IMG/VR virus record: IMGVR_UViG_3300050016_000047
Coordinates: 1-64,000 of that record
DNA: 64,000 nt
Direction: 5' to 3' (one strand)
Origin: a virus
A program made the position numbers and the translations under genes. Shown piece by piece: positions 29,378-38,836 of this stretch (position 1 is the stretch's first letter; every line of letters begins with the position of its first letter). Below the pieces are notes generated by a model, which made no database searches, was not told where the DNA came from, and saw only the letters and a list, made by a program, of their open reading frames with translations.

Positions 29378-30241
29378 CTAGGAACCCTGTAGCGTCACAC
29401 CTTGCGCTTGCAATTGCGTTATAATCCACTTTTGTGCGGCAGTCCCGCTATTCCAATCCGGCAAACTGCCAATGGTGTCTTTGTTAGTCGGCGGGATGTA
29501 TATGTCATAGGTGTGTTGGTCTCCTACGGGAAGCGTATCTGGTTTGCCGTAGCCGTAGGCGAAGTTATTCCAATTGTTAGGCATACGCTCTAGGACGCTA
29601 AACAGGAGTCTGCGCGCCATGCTAGGATGCGACAAGGCGTATGCAAGGCGAGGAACGTCAAGGTTCTGGTCCGCACTCTTGAGGAGTACGCTAGTACGAT
29701 CAGAACATCCGCCGGACGTGTTATTTTTGAGACCGTACACTTCGACGCGGTTTCCAGCGTATTCTAGTAATTCGACAAGGGCGCAAGCTACCGCGCCCTT
29801 GCCGATGATATGCTCCTCTGAAACCGCGTGGTACGCTCCAAGGTTATACCCTAGGCGGATTATACGGGTACCCGGACCGTCCACAATCCGGGTTTCCCAT
29901 TTTTGCCAGCATTCTGGCTCACCGTCAAGATACCGCGCAACGTCAATTCCGATACCCTCAACGTCAAATACCATATCTTGACGTTCGATTAATTGTGATA
30001 CCTTGTCAAAGATAGGTGAAGTTATAGTTTTGATGCGGGATGCGCCGTCCGTCCATCCGGTATACGCAAGGGAAACCGCGTCCGCGAAGCTTGACGTTCC
30101 GCTACCCGCGTGTCCCTGTCCCGTATGAGAGGACAGGGAGTCTAAAGCACGTGGTGACGGTGCCTTATCGCAGTATTCTATAAACTCATGCCATGAGTCG
30201 AATACGGTTTCACGTTTGATGGCATTGATTGTTTCGCGCAT
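29378..30241 (-). CDS. Putative vWA-like partner of the adjacent AAA+ ATPase
   Basis: Coupled downstream of a MoxR-type ATPase; contains IDVARYLDGEPECW and LVELLEYAGNRVEVY. Confidence 0.5.
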   Translation of the reverse strand: MRETINAIKRETVFDSWHEFIEYCDKAPSPRALDSLSSHTGQGHAGSGTSSFADAVSLAYTGWTDGASRIKTITSPIFDKVSQLIERQDMVFDVEGIGIDVARYLDGEPECWQKWETRIVDGPGTRIIRLGYNLGAYHAVSEEHIIGKGAVACALVELLEYAGNRVEVYGLKNNTSGGCSDRTSVLLKSADQNLDVPRLAYALSHPSMARRLLFSVLERMPNNWNNFAYGYGKPDTLPVGDQHTYDIYIPPTNKDTIGSLPDWNSGTAAQKWIITQLQAQGVTLQGS

Positions 30242-31536
30242 TATACCCCTACCTTGGACGCCTTAACGCTAGGCAATGGATTCGCCGACAAGATAGCCTT
30301 AACCGTGTCCACGTCAAGACCTTTGAACAGGACGTTCTCCGCGATGTGTGCGACAGGCCATCCACTATCCTTGAGGTATTCCGCGCCCTTAAAGCTTGCA
30401 CGCGGGGAAACGATCACGCGCGGGAAACGTGTTTTGCAATCCGCGCGGACCTTGCGAATCCAATTGAGCCAATCGTTTGCCACGTCCGCCGGATTGATAG
30501 CGCGAACAATCGCGGTTTCTAGGTTAGTGTCATATTCCCAGTTTAGGAACGTGAACCTCTCCGCAAAAGCCGCGTCGAATGGTCTCCGCTCTGGAAACAT
30601 GGGATTCGCGCCACGACCGCAAGTATTGCCAGTCGCGACTAGGACAAAATCCTTGTGACGTTCGATCATGCCACAAGGGAAAGCCGCATGGCCGTTTTCA
30701 AGAGCGGAATTGAGGGTAGTCAATAGGCTGGGCGAGGCATTATCTACCTCGTCTATGCAAAAAACTCCTCCGTTCTTATAAAGGTTATAGAAAACGGTTT
30801 CGCGGTAATTCCCGTTCGCATCCATGAAACCCAATAGGCGACTATCAGGGGTTTGCGGGTTAAGGGATATGTACCCGTAGTCCAATCCGAGTGCTTCGCT
30901 ACACTGTTTCGCGGCATAGGTTTTTCCGCTACCCGGCCCACCGTACAGGTAGGCGTGATGGCGCTTAGAGAGGATGTAAAGCAATTCCGGCATACTCTCA
31001 TGCGCTCCGTCAATCCGGCGGACGGTCTCAGCGGATTTGACCTCGATACTGAGTGTACGGGATTGTAGGGCGATCTTCTCAAGAGTAGCGGCCATATCGG
31101 CGAGCATATCCTGAGTAGCGAACCCCTTAGTCCCATCGGCAATAGCCTCGCGCAATTGCTCCCTGTTAATCGTGGTAGTGAAAAATGGTTTGATAGCCTC
31201 TGCGAGTACTGAACCCAGAACGTCCTTAGATGCGGACGCGGGTGTTGGTTCGCTAATAGGTTCGCTGGGTTCATCGGCGAGATACGCCTTATAAGCCGGG
31301 TTATCCGTATTGCGGACGGGCGCGTCTACGTTTGCGGGTGTCTGAACGGGTGTCGGCGGAATCGCGTCCGCCGGACGATTGTTAGGATTCGAGCAATCTA
31401 CGTGGTATGTTCCCGCGTTTGCGCCACGGCGCGCCCATGAGATATATTGACCGGCTTGGATGGTAGCGCCGCACTTCTTACACTTGCTACCAGTGAAACG
31501 GGATTGCATTATCGCCATGCTTTTGTTTCCTTTCAT
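30241..31536 (-). CDS. MoxR/CbbQ/CobS-like AAA+ ATPase with an N-terminal zinc ribbon
   Basis: Walker A GGPGSGKT, Walker B CIDEVDN, sensor ATGNT, DAAFAERF. Confidence 0.88.
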   Translation of the reverse strand: MKGNKSMAIMQSRFTGSKCKKCGATIQAGQYISWARRGANAGTYHVDCSNPNNRPADAIPPTPVQTPANVDAPVRNTDNPAYKAYLADEPSEPISEPTPASASKDVLGSVLAEAIKPFFTTTINREQLREAIADGTKGFATQDMLADMAATLEKIALQSRTLSIEVKSAETVRRIDGAHESMPELLYILSKRHHAYLYGGPGSGKTYAAKQCSEALGLDYGYISLNPQTPDSRLLGFMDANGNYRETVFYNLYKNGGVFCIDEVDNASPSLLTTLNSALENGHAAFPCGMIERHKDFVLVATGNTCGRGANPMFPERRPFDAAFAERFTFLNWEYDTNLETAIVRAINPADVANDWLNWIRKVRADCKTRFPRVIVSPRASFKGAEYLKDSGWPVAHIAENVLFKGLDVDTVKAILSANPLPSVKASKVGV

Positions 31537-31862
31537 CCGAGAATTTAAAACTAGTGAGATAATACAGGCTAAAAACTAAAATGCAAGTATAATCGTGTTA
31601 AGACAGTGTTAAATCTTATTAACGATATATACGCTTTTTATTCGCCTAATTAGGGCAAACTAGGGTATTCAGTGTGTCTATAGATGTAGGACCTTGTTTT
31701 TCCGCGCGGACCTTATCCCTCAATACGTCTGTCCTAGTGGCATCGCGCCCACATCAAACGATAAATAGACTTGCAAGGTCCAATTCTTCTGTCCGCAAAG
31801 CGGACAAAGCACCAACAAACTGCCATCACCTATGCCTACCCTGTCCCTGATAATCGTTCATA

Positions 31863-32207
31863 TTGGATTGTATGGCGTCCAAACGTAGCCTAGGACGTTC
31901 ACAAGAGGGTATAGCAGTACCTCCGGGCAAGAGCACGCCAATCAAGAAACGCCTTATTCAAGTACTGACTGGCATCGCGGAGACGGCTAAGAGCAATACC
32001 GTCAAACTAGAAGCATGTAAGCTTGCGATGCTGTTACGCTCCGAGAGTGCTACATCTAATGTAGTCACCTCGCCTACTGTCCCAGATTCGCCGACAGCAT
32101 CAAATCCCGCGCCAGTACTGGCCGATAGCAGTATAGATAGCAGTATAGATGCTAGACTCGCCGACCTGCTAAAACGTACGGATTCGCCTACTGAACAGGA
32201 TACATAG
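31863..32207 (+). CDS. Hypothetical protein, possibly terminase small subunit
   Basis: Helical segment LIQVLTGIAETAKSNTVKLEACKL resembles TerS oligomerisation helices, and the gene sits in the strand-switch region. Weak evidence. Confidence 0.3.
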   Translation: MDCMASKRSLGRSQEGIAVPPGKSTPIKKRLIQVLTGIAETAKSNTVKLEACKLAMLLRSESATSNVVTSPTVPDSPTASNPAPVLADSSIDSSIDARLADLLKRTDSPTEQDT

Positions 32208-32859
32208 ACGTATAGACGTGATATTGCAATCGTTCTAGGACGTTCTAATAGGCAAGATGATACGGTTTCCTGTAAGTTATTGATATTTGATGTGTTTTCC
32301 AGTATGGCAGGTATTACCAGACACGTGCAACGTTCTAAAATCGCCTCTAATTGACAAGTTTACTGCAAACTGCAACAAAGTAGAGTGATAACTCCTTTGT
32401 TTTCAATACATATTAATGAGTCCTATACTCTAAACTAATCTAATAGTAGCATATAGTATTGATTCTATTGTGTTTTAAGTCTTTTGTTTTGTTATAGTTG
32501 CGATTTGGGTCCCCTTATTTTCTTGAGACACCCGGCGGACCCAACCCTAGGGGGATGAGCCTCATAGCCACTCTCACCTAGCAGAAAAAACGATTTAAAA
32601 TATAAATTTTACTTGGGTCCCTTTTCAACTAGGTTCCTTTATTCATGGTAAACAAATATAAAGTACCCATGAGTATAGAAGTACATTATTCCTGCGGCCA
32701 TGTTAAACTCTTGGTCAGTCCCGGAGTCGCTGACCCAGACGGTCAGTACACCAAGTTTATATATGAGCAACACATACGTCCGAATGAAGCTGGTATATAT
32801 AAGTTAAACCTAAAGTTCACAAAATGTCTTGAGTGTGGTTTATAGTTGGTAGGCTAAAC

Positions 32860-32888
32860 TTGACAAATCCTAATATCTGTGGTATACT
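32860..32888 (+). promoter_or_regulatory. Near-consensus sigma70 promoter opening the plus-strand arm
   Basis: TTGACA-17 nt (ending TGTGG)-TATACT, 6 nt upstream of GTG 32895. Confidence 0.75.
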
Positions 32889-33624
32889 CCTTTAGTGAGC
32901 TATATATTAGTTAGGACAGACTGCAAGGTTCCCGCGTACTTTGTCCGCAAAACGGACGAAATGGTTGAAGGGACTGGTGTTATAGGCACGTTTGACAAAT
33001 CCGAAGCTACTTGTTATGCGAATCGTTGTTCCGCCGAATATATGCTTAATGAAATTACCCACAAGTTCGGTACTGAGATTGGCGATTGGAAAGTAGCAAT
33101 CCTGTGAGTGATGTAGGCGAATATATCAAGTACAACTTTAAGTATACCATGACTAATCCGCCTAAATACAAGTCATATAAGTTTAATTCAGACTCTATGA
33201 TTGAGAACAAACTTAAAGACATTCCTATTAGGCAGTTAAGAAGTGGTTTTAAAATGGCTTGTGGAAAAGATTTAACGGGTAAAAAGATTCCAAGTATAAA
33301 TCTAATATATTTTTATATTCCTACTCCGATGGGTTTTAGTAAAGAACCAGAAGAGGCTACTCCGGCGGTTTGTCAAGTCTCGGCGAACAGAAAAGAAATT
33401 CACGACGAGTTGGTTCGCAGACACACAGCTACGTTGCCGCCAAAAACTCCATCACATCTAACTGTTAAAGATATTCAGGAAATGAAGAAGCAGTTATTGA
33501 GTTGTAATTTTAAAGACCCTTATATTTATTATGGTAATTCAAACTGGCCGTGGGATTCTACCCCGCCGGTTAAGGTAAAGAAAAATGGAAAACACAAACC
33601 AGAACGATCCAGCACCCCCGAATC

Positions 33625-33698
33625 CGGGGCGTAGCTTAAGACAGAGCACTTGGTTTGGAACCAAGGCGGTGCAGGTTTAAGTCCTGCTGCCCCGACCA
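33625..33698 (+). tRNA. tRNA-Pro (TGG)
   Basis: CGGGGCG/TGCCCCG-A-CCA; anticodon arm CTTGG-TTTGGAA-CCAAG. Confidence 0.88.
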
Positions 33699-33763
33699 GT
33701 TTTAAACAGTTTTAAACAGTTTTAAACAGTTTTAAACAGTTTTAAACAGTTTTAAACAGTTTT
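33697..33763. repeat. Tandem repeat of the 10-bp unit TTTAAACAGT, six perfect copies
   Basis: Read directly at 33701-33760. Confidence 0.97.
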
Positions 33764-33836
33764 TAAAGAACCCACGTTTGTTCTAGAAGCTTGACGTACA
33801 ATCCGTCCTGTGTGGCCGGGAGAAAAGATATTATTT

Positions 33837-33977
33837 ATGTTACTTATATTACTTTTAGTGTTATTGTTATGCGGTGGTGGTTTTGGATATAGTACTTGGG
33901 GTCTTGCAGGTGGTGGTGGAATCGGTGGAGTAGTTCTGCTAGTTATCGTTATACTCCTTTTGACAGGGAGACTATAA
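33837..33977 (+). CDS. DUF3309-like small membrane protein
   Basis: MLLILLLVLLLCGGGFGYSTWGLAGGGGIGGVVLLVIVILLLTGRL, translated by hand. Confidence 0.7.
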   Translation: MLLILLLVLLLCGGGFGYSTWGLAGGGGIGGVVLLVIVILLLTGRL

Positions 33978-34201
33978 TGATTGGATTATTATTCTTAGTA
34001 GTCGTATGCGGCGTACTAGTGTATCTTGTAAACAACCTTGTACCCATGGACGGTAAATTCAAACTAGTTTTTAATTGTATAATCGGACTTATTCTATTAT
34101 ACTATGTTTTGAGTTTCTTTGGATTGGTTTCTCCCGCTCCCGGTTTTGGAGCGTATCCCGGTTATCCGTATCGCGGCGGTCCCGGTCCATACAGATATTA
34201 A
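33977..34201 (+). CDS. Thivi_2564-like small membrane protein
   Basis: GVLVYLVNNLVPMDGKFKLVFN between two transmembrane helices; TAATG coupling to the upstream gene. Confidence 0.65.
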   Translation: MIGLLFLVVVCGVLVYLVNNLVPMDGKFKLVFNCIIGLILLYYVLSFFGLVSPAPGFGAYPGYPYRGGPGPYRY

Positions 34202-34208
34202 TTTCCAC

Positions 34209-34282
34209 ATAGGAATAAGATAGTGGTAGTCTGGCTGCCTACAAATCAGTCAGCGGGTGTTCGATTCACTCTTCCTATGCCA
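34209..34282 (+). tRNA. tRNA with apparent ACA anticodon; identity uncertain
   Basis: ATAGGAA/TTCCTAT-G-CCA, TTCGATT T-loop, anticodon loop CTACAAA. Confidence 0.7.
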
Positions 34283-34287
34283 TTTAA

Positions 34288-34361
34288 GCGGGCTTGGTGT
34301 ATTGGCAGCGCCATAGTCTTCCAAACTATAGGAAAGGGTTCGATTCCCTTAGTCCGCTCCA
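34288..34361 (+). tRNA. tRNA-Gly (TCC)
   Basis: GCGGGCT/AGTCCGC-T-CCA; ATAGT-CTTCCAA-ACTAT. Confidence 0.92.
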
Positions 34362-34368
34362 TTTCTAA

Positions 34369-34441
34369 TGGCCTGTCGTATAATTGGCAATACGCCTCCC
34401 TGTTAAGGAGTACGATGTAGGTTCAAGTCCTACTGGGCCAG
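34369..34441 (+). tRNA. tRNA-Asn (GTT)
   Basis: CTCC-CTGTTAA-GGAG, GTAGG-TTCAAGT-CCTAC, G73. Confidence 0.9.
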
Positions 34442-34447
34442 CCTTTA

Positions 34448-34522
34448 GCTGGACTAGCTCCAATGTAGAGCAGCGCACCTGTAATGCGACGGTTCTCAGT
34501 TCAAGTCTGAGGTTCAGCCCCA
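34448..34522 (+). tRNA. tRNA-Thr (TGT) with C33
   Basis: GCTGGAC/GTTCAGC-C-CCA; CGCA-CCTGTAA-TGCG. Confidence 0.8.
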
Positions 34523-34627
34523 CATCAAAAAGTTTGTACCGCAGTCCGGGCATCGCTACCTTGACCGCCTTAGCGGATAAAACCGCCGAGTTTGTATTTG
34601 TTTCACAAGTAAAAAATGAAAGAGTAA

Positions 34628-34912
34628 ATGAATAGTTTTAAAAAAGTAATAGGCTCCACAGTGTTATTTGCAATGTCGTTCGTAGTAGGAATGCCTCTAG
34701 TTAACGCATCTCCTGTTCCTCAAGTTGGTATTCAATTTAGGGTGTTTGATAGAAACCATAAAGACTACCATGACTGGGATGATAGAGAAGACCGCGATTA
34801 TCGCGGCTATCTAGAATCCAGACACCGGCCATATATTGAATACAGAAAACAAAACAACAAAGAACAAAAGAACTACTGGAACTATCGTCATAGCCATCCA
34901 GACAAGGACTAA
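34628..34912 (+). CDS. Small secreted protein rich in Arg/Asp/His/Tyr
   Basis: Signal peptide followed by RVFDRNHKDYHDWDDREDRDYRGYL; recalls host-type hypothetical proteins of Acidobacteria (from memory, not searched). Confidence 0.5.
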   Translation: MNSFKKVIGSTVLFAMSFVVGMPLVNASPVPQVGIQFRVFDRNHKDYHDWDDREDRDYRGYLESRHRPYIEYRKQNNKEQKNYWNYRHSHPDKD

Positions 34913-35206
34913 GTAATCTCGGGAGTACGCGATGCTGGAACGACGGTTCCTACGAGAGTCGCCTCGACGAGTTAAAAGCTCGTCAAAGTTTATGAAGAAG
35001 TTTATGAAGAAAAAGTATATACCCGGAACATACCTATCTAGAAAAGCTTTTAAACAATATTGGAAGTTGTGGTTAATACCCAATCCGCGTAACGGAAAAA
35101 TTTAGAACTATAAGATTGAGTTAGACGTGTCCGCAAAACGGACCCTCGGTTATCTCAGCTATCAGAAGTAAAACATTAAATCAAAAAAATAAAAATAAGG
35201 AATCAA

Positions 35207-35743
35207 ATGGCAAATCCTAGTAATATTAATCGTATTTTTGGAAACCAGATCGCGGTCCTAACAAACGCTATAACCACTGTAGAAACAGCATTCAGTTTCG
35301 CTGCTGGGTATAACCCCGGTTCCGGCGTGGCTGTTTGTGCTATGCCTGCGAATGCTCTTTACGACGGAGTTCCCTTTACCGTTCGAGCAACAGGTAAGTA
35401 TACAACGGGTACCACATCAAACGTAACTCCGTGTCTATATGTAGGCACATCCCTAACCCTAAGCTCAGATTCAGCTATCTCAGCCATGACTACGTTCTCT
35501 GCCGTCACCGCGAGCGGTAACTGGATTATAGAAGCTCACGGCGTATGGGATTCCGTATCCACCAAGTATAACGGATGGTATAACGGTATTGTCGGCACGA
35601 CAGTCAAAACCGGCACAACCTTTACTAACGCTCAGACAGGAATCGCCGCAATCACGGGTCTAAGCTTCCTAGTCTCGTTCACGTTCTCAAGCGGAAACGC
35701 CGCGAATACTGCAACCCTAACCGAACTCTCACTAGAAGCATAG
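35207..35743 (+). CDS. Beta-rich putative virion protein, paralog of 60413..61081
   Basis: Shared blocks PFxVRxTG, IxEAxxxWDS, TGLxF and ExSxxx at the C-terminus. Confidence 0.5.
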   Translation: MANPSNINRIFGNQIAVLTNAITTVETAFSFAAGYNPGSGVAVCAMPANALYDGVPFTVRATGKYTTGTTSNVTPCLYVGTSLTLSSDSAISAMTTFSAVTASGNWIIEAHGVWDSVSTKYNGWYNGIVGTTVKTGTTFTNAQTGIAAITGLSFLVSFTFSSGNAANTATLTELSLEA

Positions 35744-35922
35744 GTCAACATCCGAGGGGAGCACCTTCAGATTTTGAGATGCTCCCTAACGGTACCTATT
35801 ATGACTAAAGATAAAGTCAAACCCGAATCAAACCGCCGATTAGGTAGCCACTATAAAAGTAAGAAGCTAAAGATTCGCCGATTAACCCAAACTGAATGGG
35901 ATAAGAACAATCCCAAAGACAA

Positions 35923-36384
35923 ATGATACTCCTTCGTTTTATATCCAGCCGTTCTTTTGTATCAAAAGCTATTCAAGTTAGAACAGATGGACAAGTTTCG
36001 CACGTAGAATACCTAGATACTTCTACGATGATTACTTTCGGTGCTCGGTTACAAGGTGGCGTGACGCATCGCCCTTATAACTATATTAAACCTGATTGGG
36101 AAGAACTATACACTTTCGAAGGTATCGAAGCTTCATATAAGGAAGCTTTATTTTTTAACGGTCGCAAGTACGATTGGAAAGATATAGCATCGCTCGCAGT
36201 AGGTTGGCATCCCGGTGGATACGACCCGGAAGAAGCCGTGTGTTCTTGTTTGGCCGGATACAGTAATCGTTTGGCATGGGCTAACGGAACCGCCCCAGCG
36301 TTACTTAATCCAAACCTTCCTACGTGGGAAATGACTCCACAAATTTTATATGGTGCGGTTACTAAACAAGTTGTTGTATATTAA
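35923..36384 (+). CDS. Permuted papain-like (YaeF/YiiX, NlpC/P60) amidase
   Basis: SHVE precedes GRKYDW and the catalytic-type CS. Confidence 0.65.
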   Translation: MILLRFISSRSFVSKAIQVRTDGQVSHVEYLDTSTMITFGARLQGGVTHRPYNYIKPDWEELYTFEGIEASYKEALFFNGRKYDWKDIASLAVGWHPGGYDPEEAVCSCLAGYSNRLAWANGTAPALLNPNLPTWEMTPQILYGAVTKQVVVY

Positions 36385-36395
36385 AAAGAGGATAC

Positions 36396-36989
36396 ATGAA
36401 AATTTTACCTAAAGCACTTCTGGCCTGCGTACTTAGTTTATCACTAGTTACGTATGGTTGTTCCACAGCACAATTCTTTACTGTACTGGATCAAGTAGCT
36501 CCGGCGGTTCTTAACGTTCTTCAGATTGTAACCATATTTACAGGCCATCCGGCTAACACCGCTCTTTCTACTAAAGTTTCTGCGGACGTTGCCGCAACGG
36601 AAAAACTATATTCTGACTATACGTCTGCTTCCTCGGCGGCTCAGCCCGGCATTAAGAACGATATTAATGCGGCGTTCGTTGTTCTTAATAGCGACCTAGG
36701 AGTTATATTCTCTGCCGCACAGGTTAGCGATCATAACACACAGCTTAAAATTGCCGCCTTAATTGGACTTATTCAAACAAGCGTGAGTATAGCAGAAGCG
36801 ATAATTCCTTCTCCCACACCAGCCGCAACTCTGTCAAGTAAGTTAGACGCAGATACTTTAGTTGCATCCTATAATAAAATCCTAACCGCTCCTACAGGCA
36901 ACAAAGCGGTGGATAAGTATACTCGTACCCACCAACTTCATATCCACAGTAAGCTAGCTCGTGTAGCTACTGCCGGGATTCTTAAATAA
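36396..36989 (+). CDS. Lipoprotein
   Basis: Signal peptide ending in TYGC. Confidence 0.6.
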   Translation: MKILPKALLACVLSLSLVTYGCSTAQFFTVLDQVAPAVLNVLQIVTIFTGHPANTALSTKVSADVAATEKLYSDYTSASSAAQPGIKNDINAAFVVLNSDLGVIFSAAQVSDHNTQLKIAALIGLIQTSVSIAEAIIPSPTPAATLSSKLDADTLVASYNKILTAPTGNKAVDKYTRTHQLHIHSKLARVATAGILK

Positions 36990-37792
36990 TGCCAGAACTT
37001 CCTCTAGTCAATGGGCACAGGTTTGGCTACATACGTAAACCAGCCGACCACAGAATGTTCGGAATCTCTTCGGTTCCGAACCTAAAACAAGTAACTCTTC
37101 CAACCGTATTCGGATTAGACGAGTTCATGCCTCCGGTCAAGGACCAAAAAGACCTAGGAGCGTGTACTGCGTTTGCTTCTACTGTAGACCGCGAAGCTAT
37201 CGCCCGACAGTATGAAAACAAGCAACCGATTCTCTCTCCGTTGTTTGTATACTACTATTCTCGTCTACTAGACGGCTCTTTAGATGAAGGCGATGCTGGA
37301 AGCACTGGCGAAACAACTTGTCAGGTATTCCAGCGATACGGAGCTTGTCTGGAATCCGAAGACCCTTACATTACTTCTGACTTTCAAAAGATGCCTTTCA
37401 CGGCACAGATACAAGCTGCGAAAGAGTTTAAGTCTGGAGCATATCACTCTCTGCACACCGTTCAAGATGTGCAGAACTGCATTTTCTCCGGTTATCGCAT
37501 TCGATTGGGAATGAATGTATACCAAAGTTTTGAAAACATTGGTTCTAATGGTTTGATGCCAATACCCAGTCACAAAGAAAATGTTTTAGGCGGGCATGAA
37601 ATCTTAATATACAGGTTTGACAATTCTGTTAAATGTCCAAACACCCATTCAACTGGAGCGTTTCTTGTAAGAAACTCTTGGGGTAGTTCGTGGGGGCAAG
37701 CGGGAAGTTTCTGGATGCCCTACGAGGGAATCGTAAGTTCATTACTAAACTGTGACTTAAAAATACAACATTTAGGTCCTGCGTGGAAATAG
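36989..37792 (+). CDS. C1A papain-family cysteine peptidase
   Basis: DQKDLGACTAF, GGHEI, VRNSWGSSWG. Confidence 0.93.
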   Translation: MPELPLVNGHRFGYIRKPADHRMFGISSVPNLKQVTLPTVFGLDEFMPPVKDQKDLGACTAFASTVDREAIARQYENKQPILSPLFVYYYSRLLDGSLDEGDAGSTGETTCQVFQRYGACLESEDPYITSDFQKMPFTAQIQAAKEFKSGAYHSLHTVQDVQNCIFSGYRIRLGMNVYQSFENIGSNGLMPIPSHKENVLGGHEILIYRFDNSVKCPNTHSTGAFLVRNSWGSSWGQAGSFWMPYEGIVSSLLNCDLKIQHLGPAWK

Positions 37793-38122
37793 ATGAAAAT
37801 AGTATCAAACGCTAAAACTTATGACTGGCCGACATGGTTCATTGGAATCCTGCGGTCATTTCTAAGCGGTGGTGCTGCGGCTCTCACTACGGGAACTGGT
37901 GGTGCTGTTCTTGGCATTCCCGGTCCTATGGTCTGGAAGTTAATACTTATTAACTTTGTTCTGATGGGCCTATACCGCATGGGAGAGTTCCTGCAACTAC
38001 ATGGAGCACCAGACCCAGTACTCCAAGCCGCTCTCGCGGATGCAAAAGCTGCGAGCGACATGACTAGTCAGAAAATTGCAGATATACAAGCCATACCTTC
38101 ACCAACTGATCCAAAAACTTAG
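37793..38122 (+). CDS. Small membrane protein, holin-like
   Basis: Two hydrophobic segments, directly after the peptidase. Confidence 0.4.
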   Translation: MKIVSNAKTYDWPTWFIGILRSFLSGGAAALTTGTGGAVLGIPGPMVWKLILINFVLMGLYRMGEFLQLHGAPDPVLQAALADAKAASDMTSQKIADIQAIPSPTDPKT

Positions 38123-38836
38123 GTAGTGCGTCTAGTAAGGGAAGTTTTCCAATACCCGGTAAGGAACAACTTCCTAAAGACAATCTACAGTGTCATAGAT
38201 GGCACCTTACTAGACTCCGGGTATTGGTACGTCCCCACTCCATTAGGAGACCGATGAAAAGACTCACAGTTTTGTTTTTGTTTCTTATGTTTGCAGCCAC
38301 CTCTGCATCCGCACAAAGTTTTTCTTTTGTTAATAGCTCCTCGTCCGGTCCAGAAGACCAAAGTTATAACGACAGTTCCGGCACCGGACTTATGGCCGCT
38401 CGGCAGGCACTTGGCACAGCACTTCATCAACTTACCTACGGAGGAGCAACACTTAGTCCTCCCGCTAACTTGCAGGCCATCGTGCAATGAAATGAAGTAT
38501 AAACATTTAGTAAAGGAAAATTAAGTGGCGAACAACTATAATACAAAACCAATTTACTTAGATTCAACAATGGCTTCCGGATGGAGGGCATTGCAGACTC
38601 TTAACGTTGGAACTCAGTGGGGTTTTAACGTTAGTTACGTAGAATGGCAAGCTCCCGTATCAGCGGGCGACAAGTTTGTAATAGTTGACCCGGCAAGCTC
38701 TGCTGTTCTTTTAGAAGGGTCTTGTGGTCAAGCTAACGCAGACGTACCTTTTGATTTAGGCGACACTCTCCCGGCGTGGCGAGATTTTAAAGTTACTACT
38801 CTTAATTCTGGTATTCTACTTATTTGGTATCGCTAG

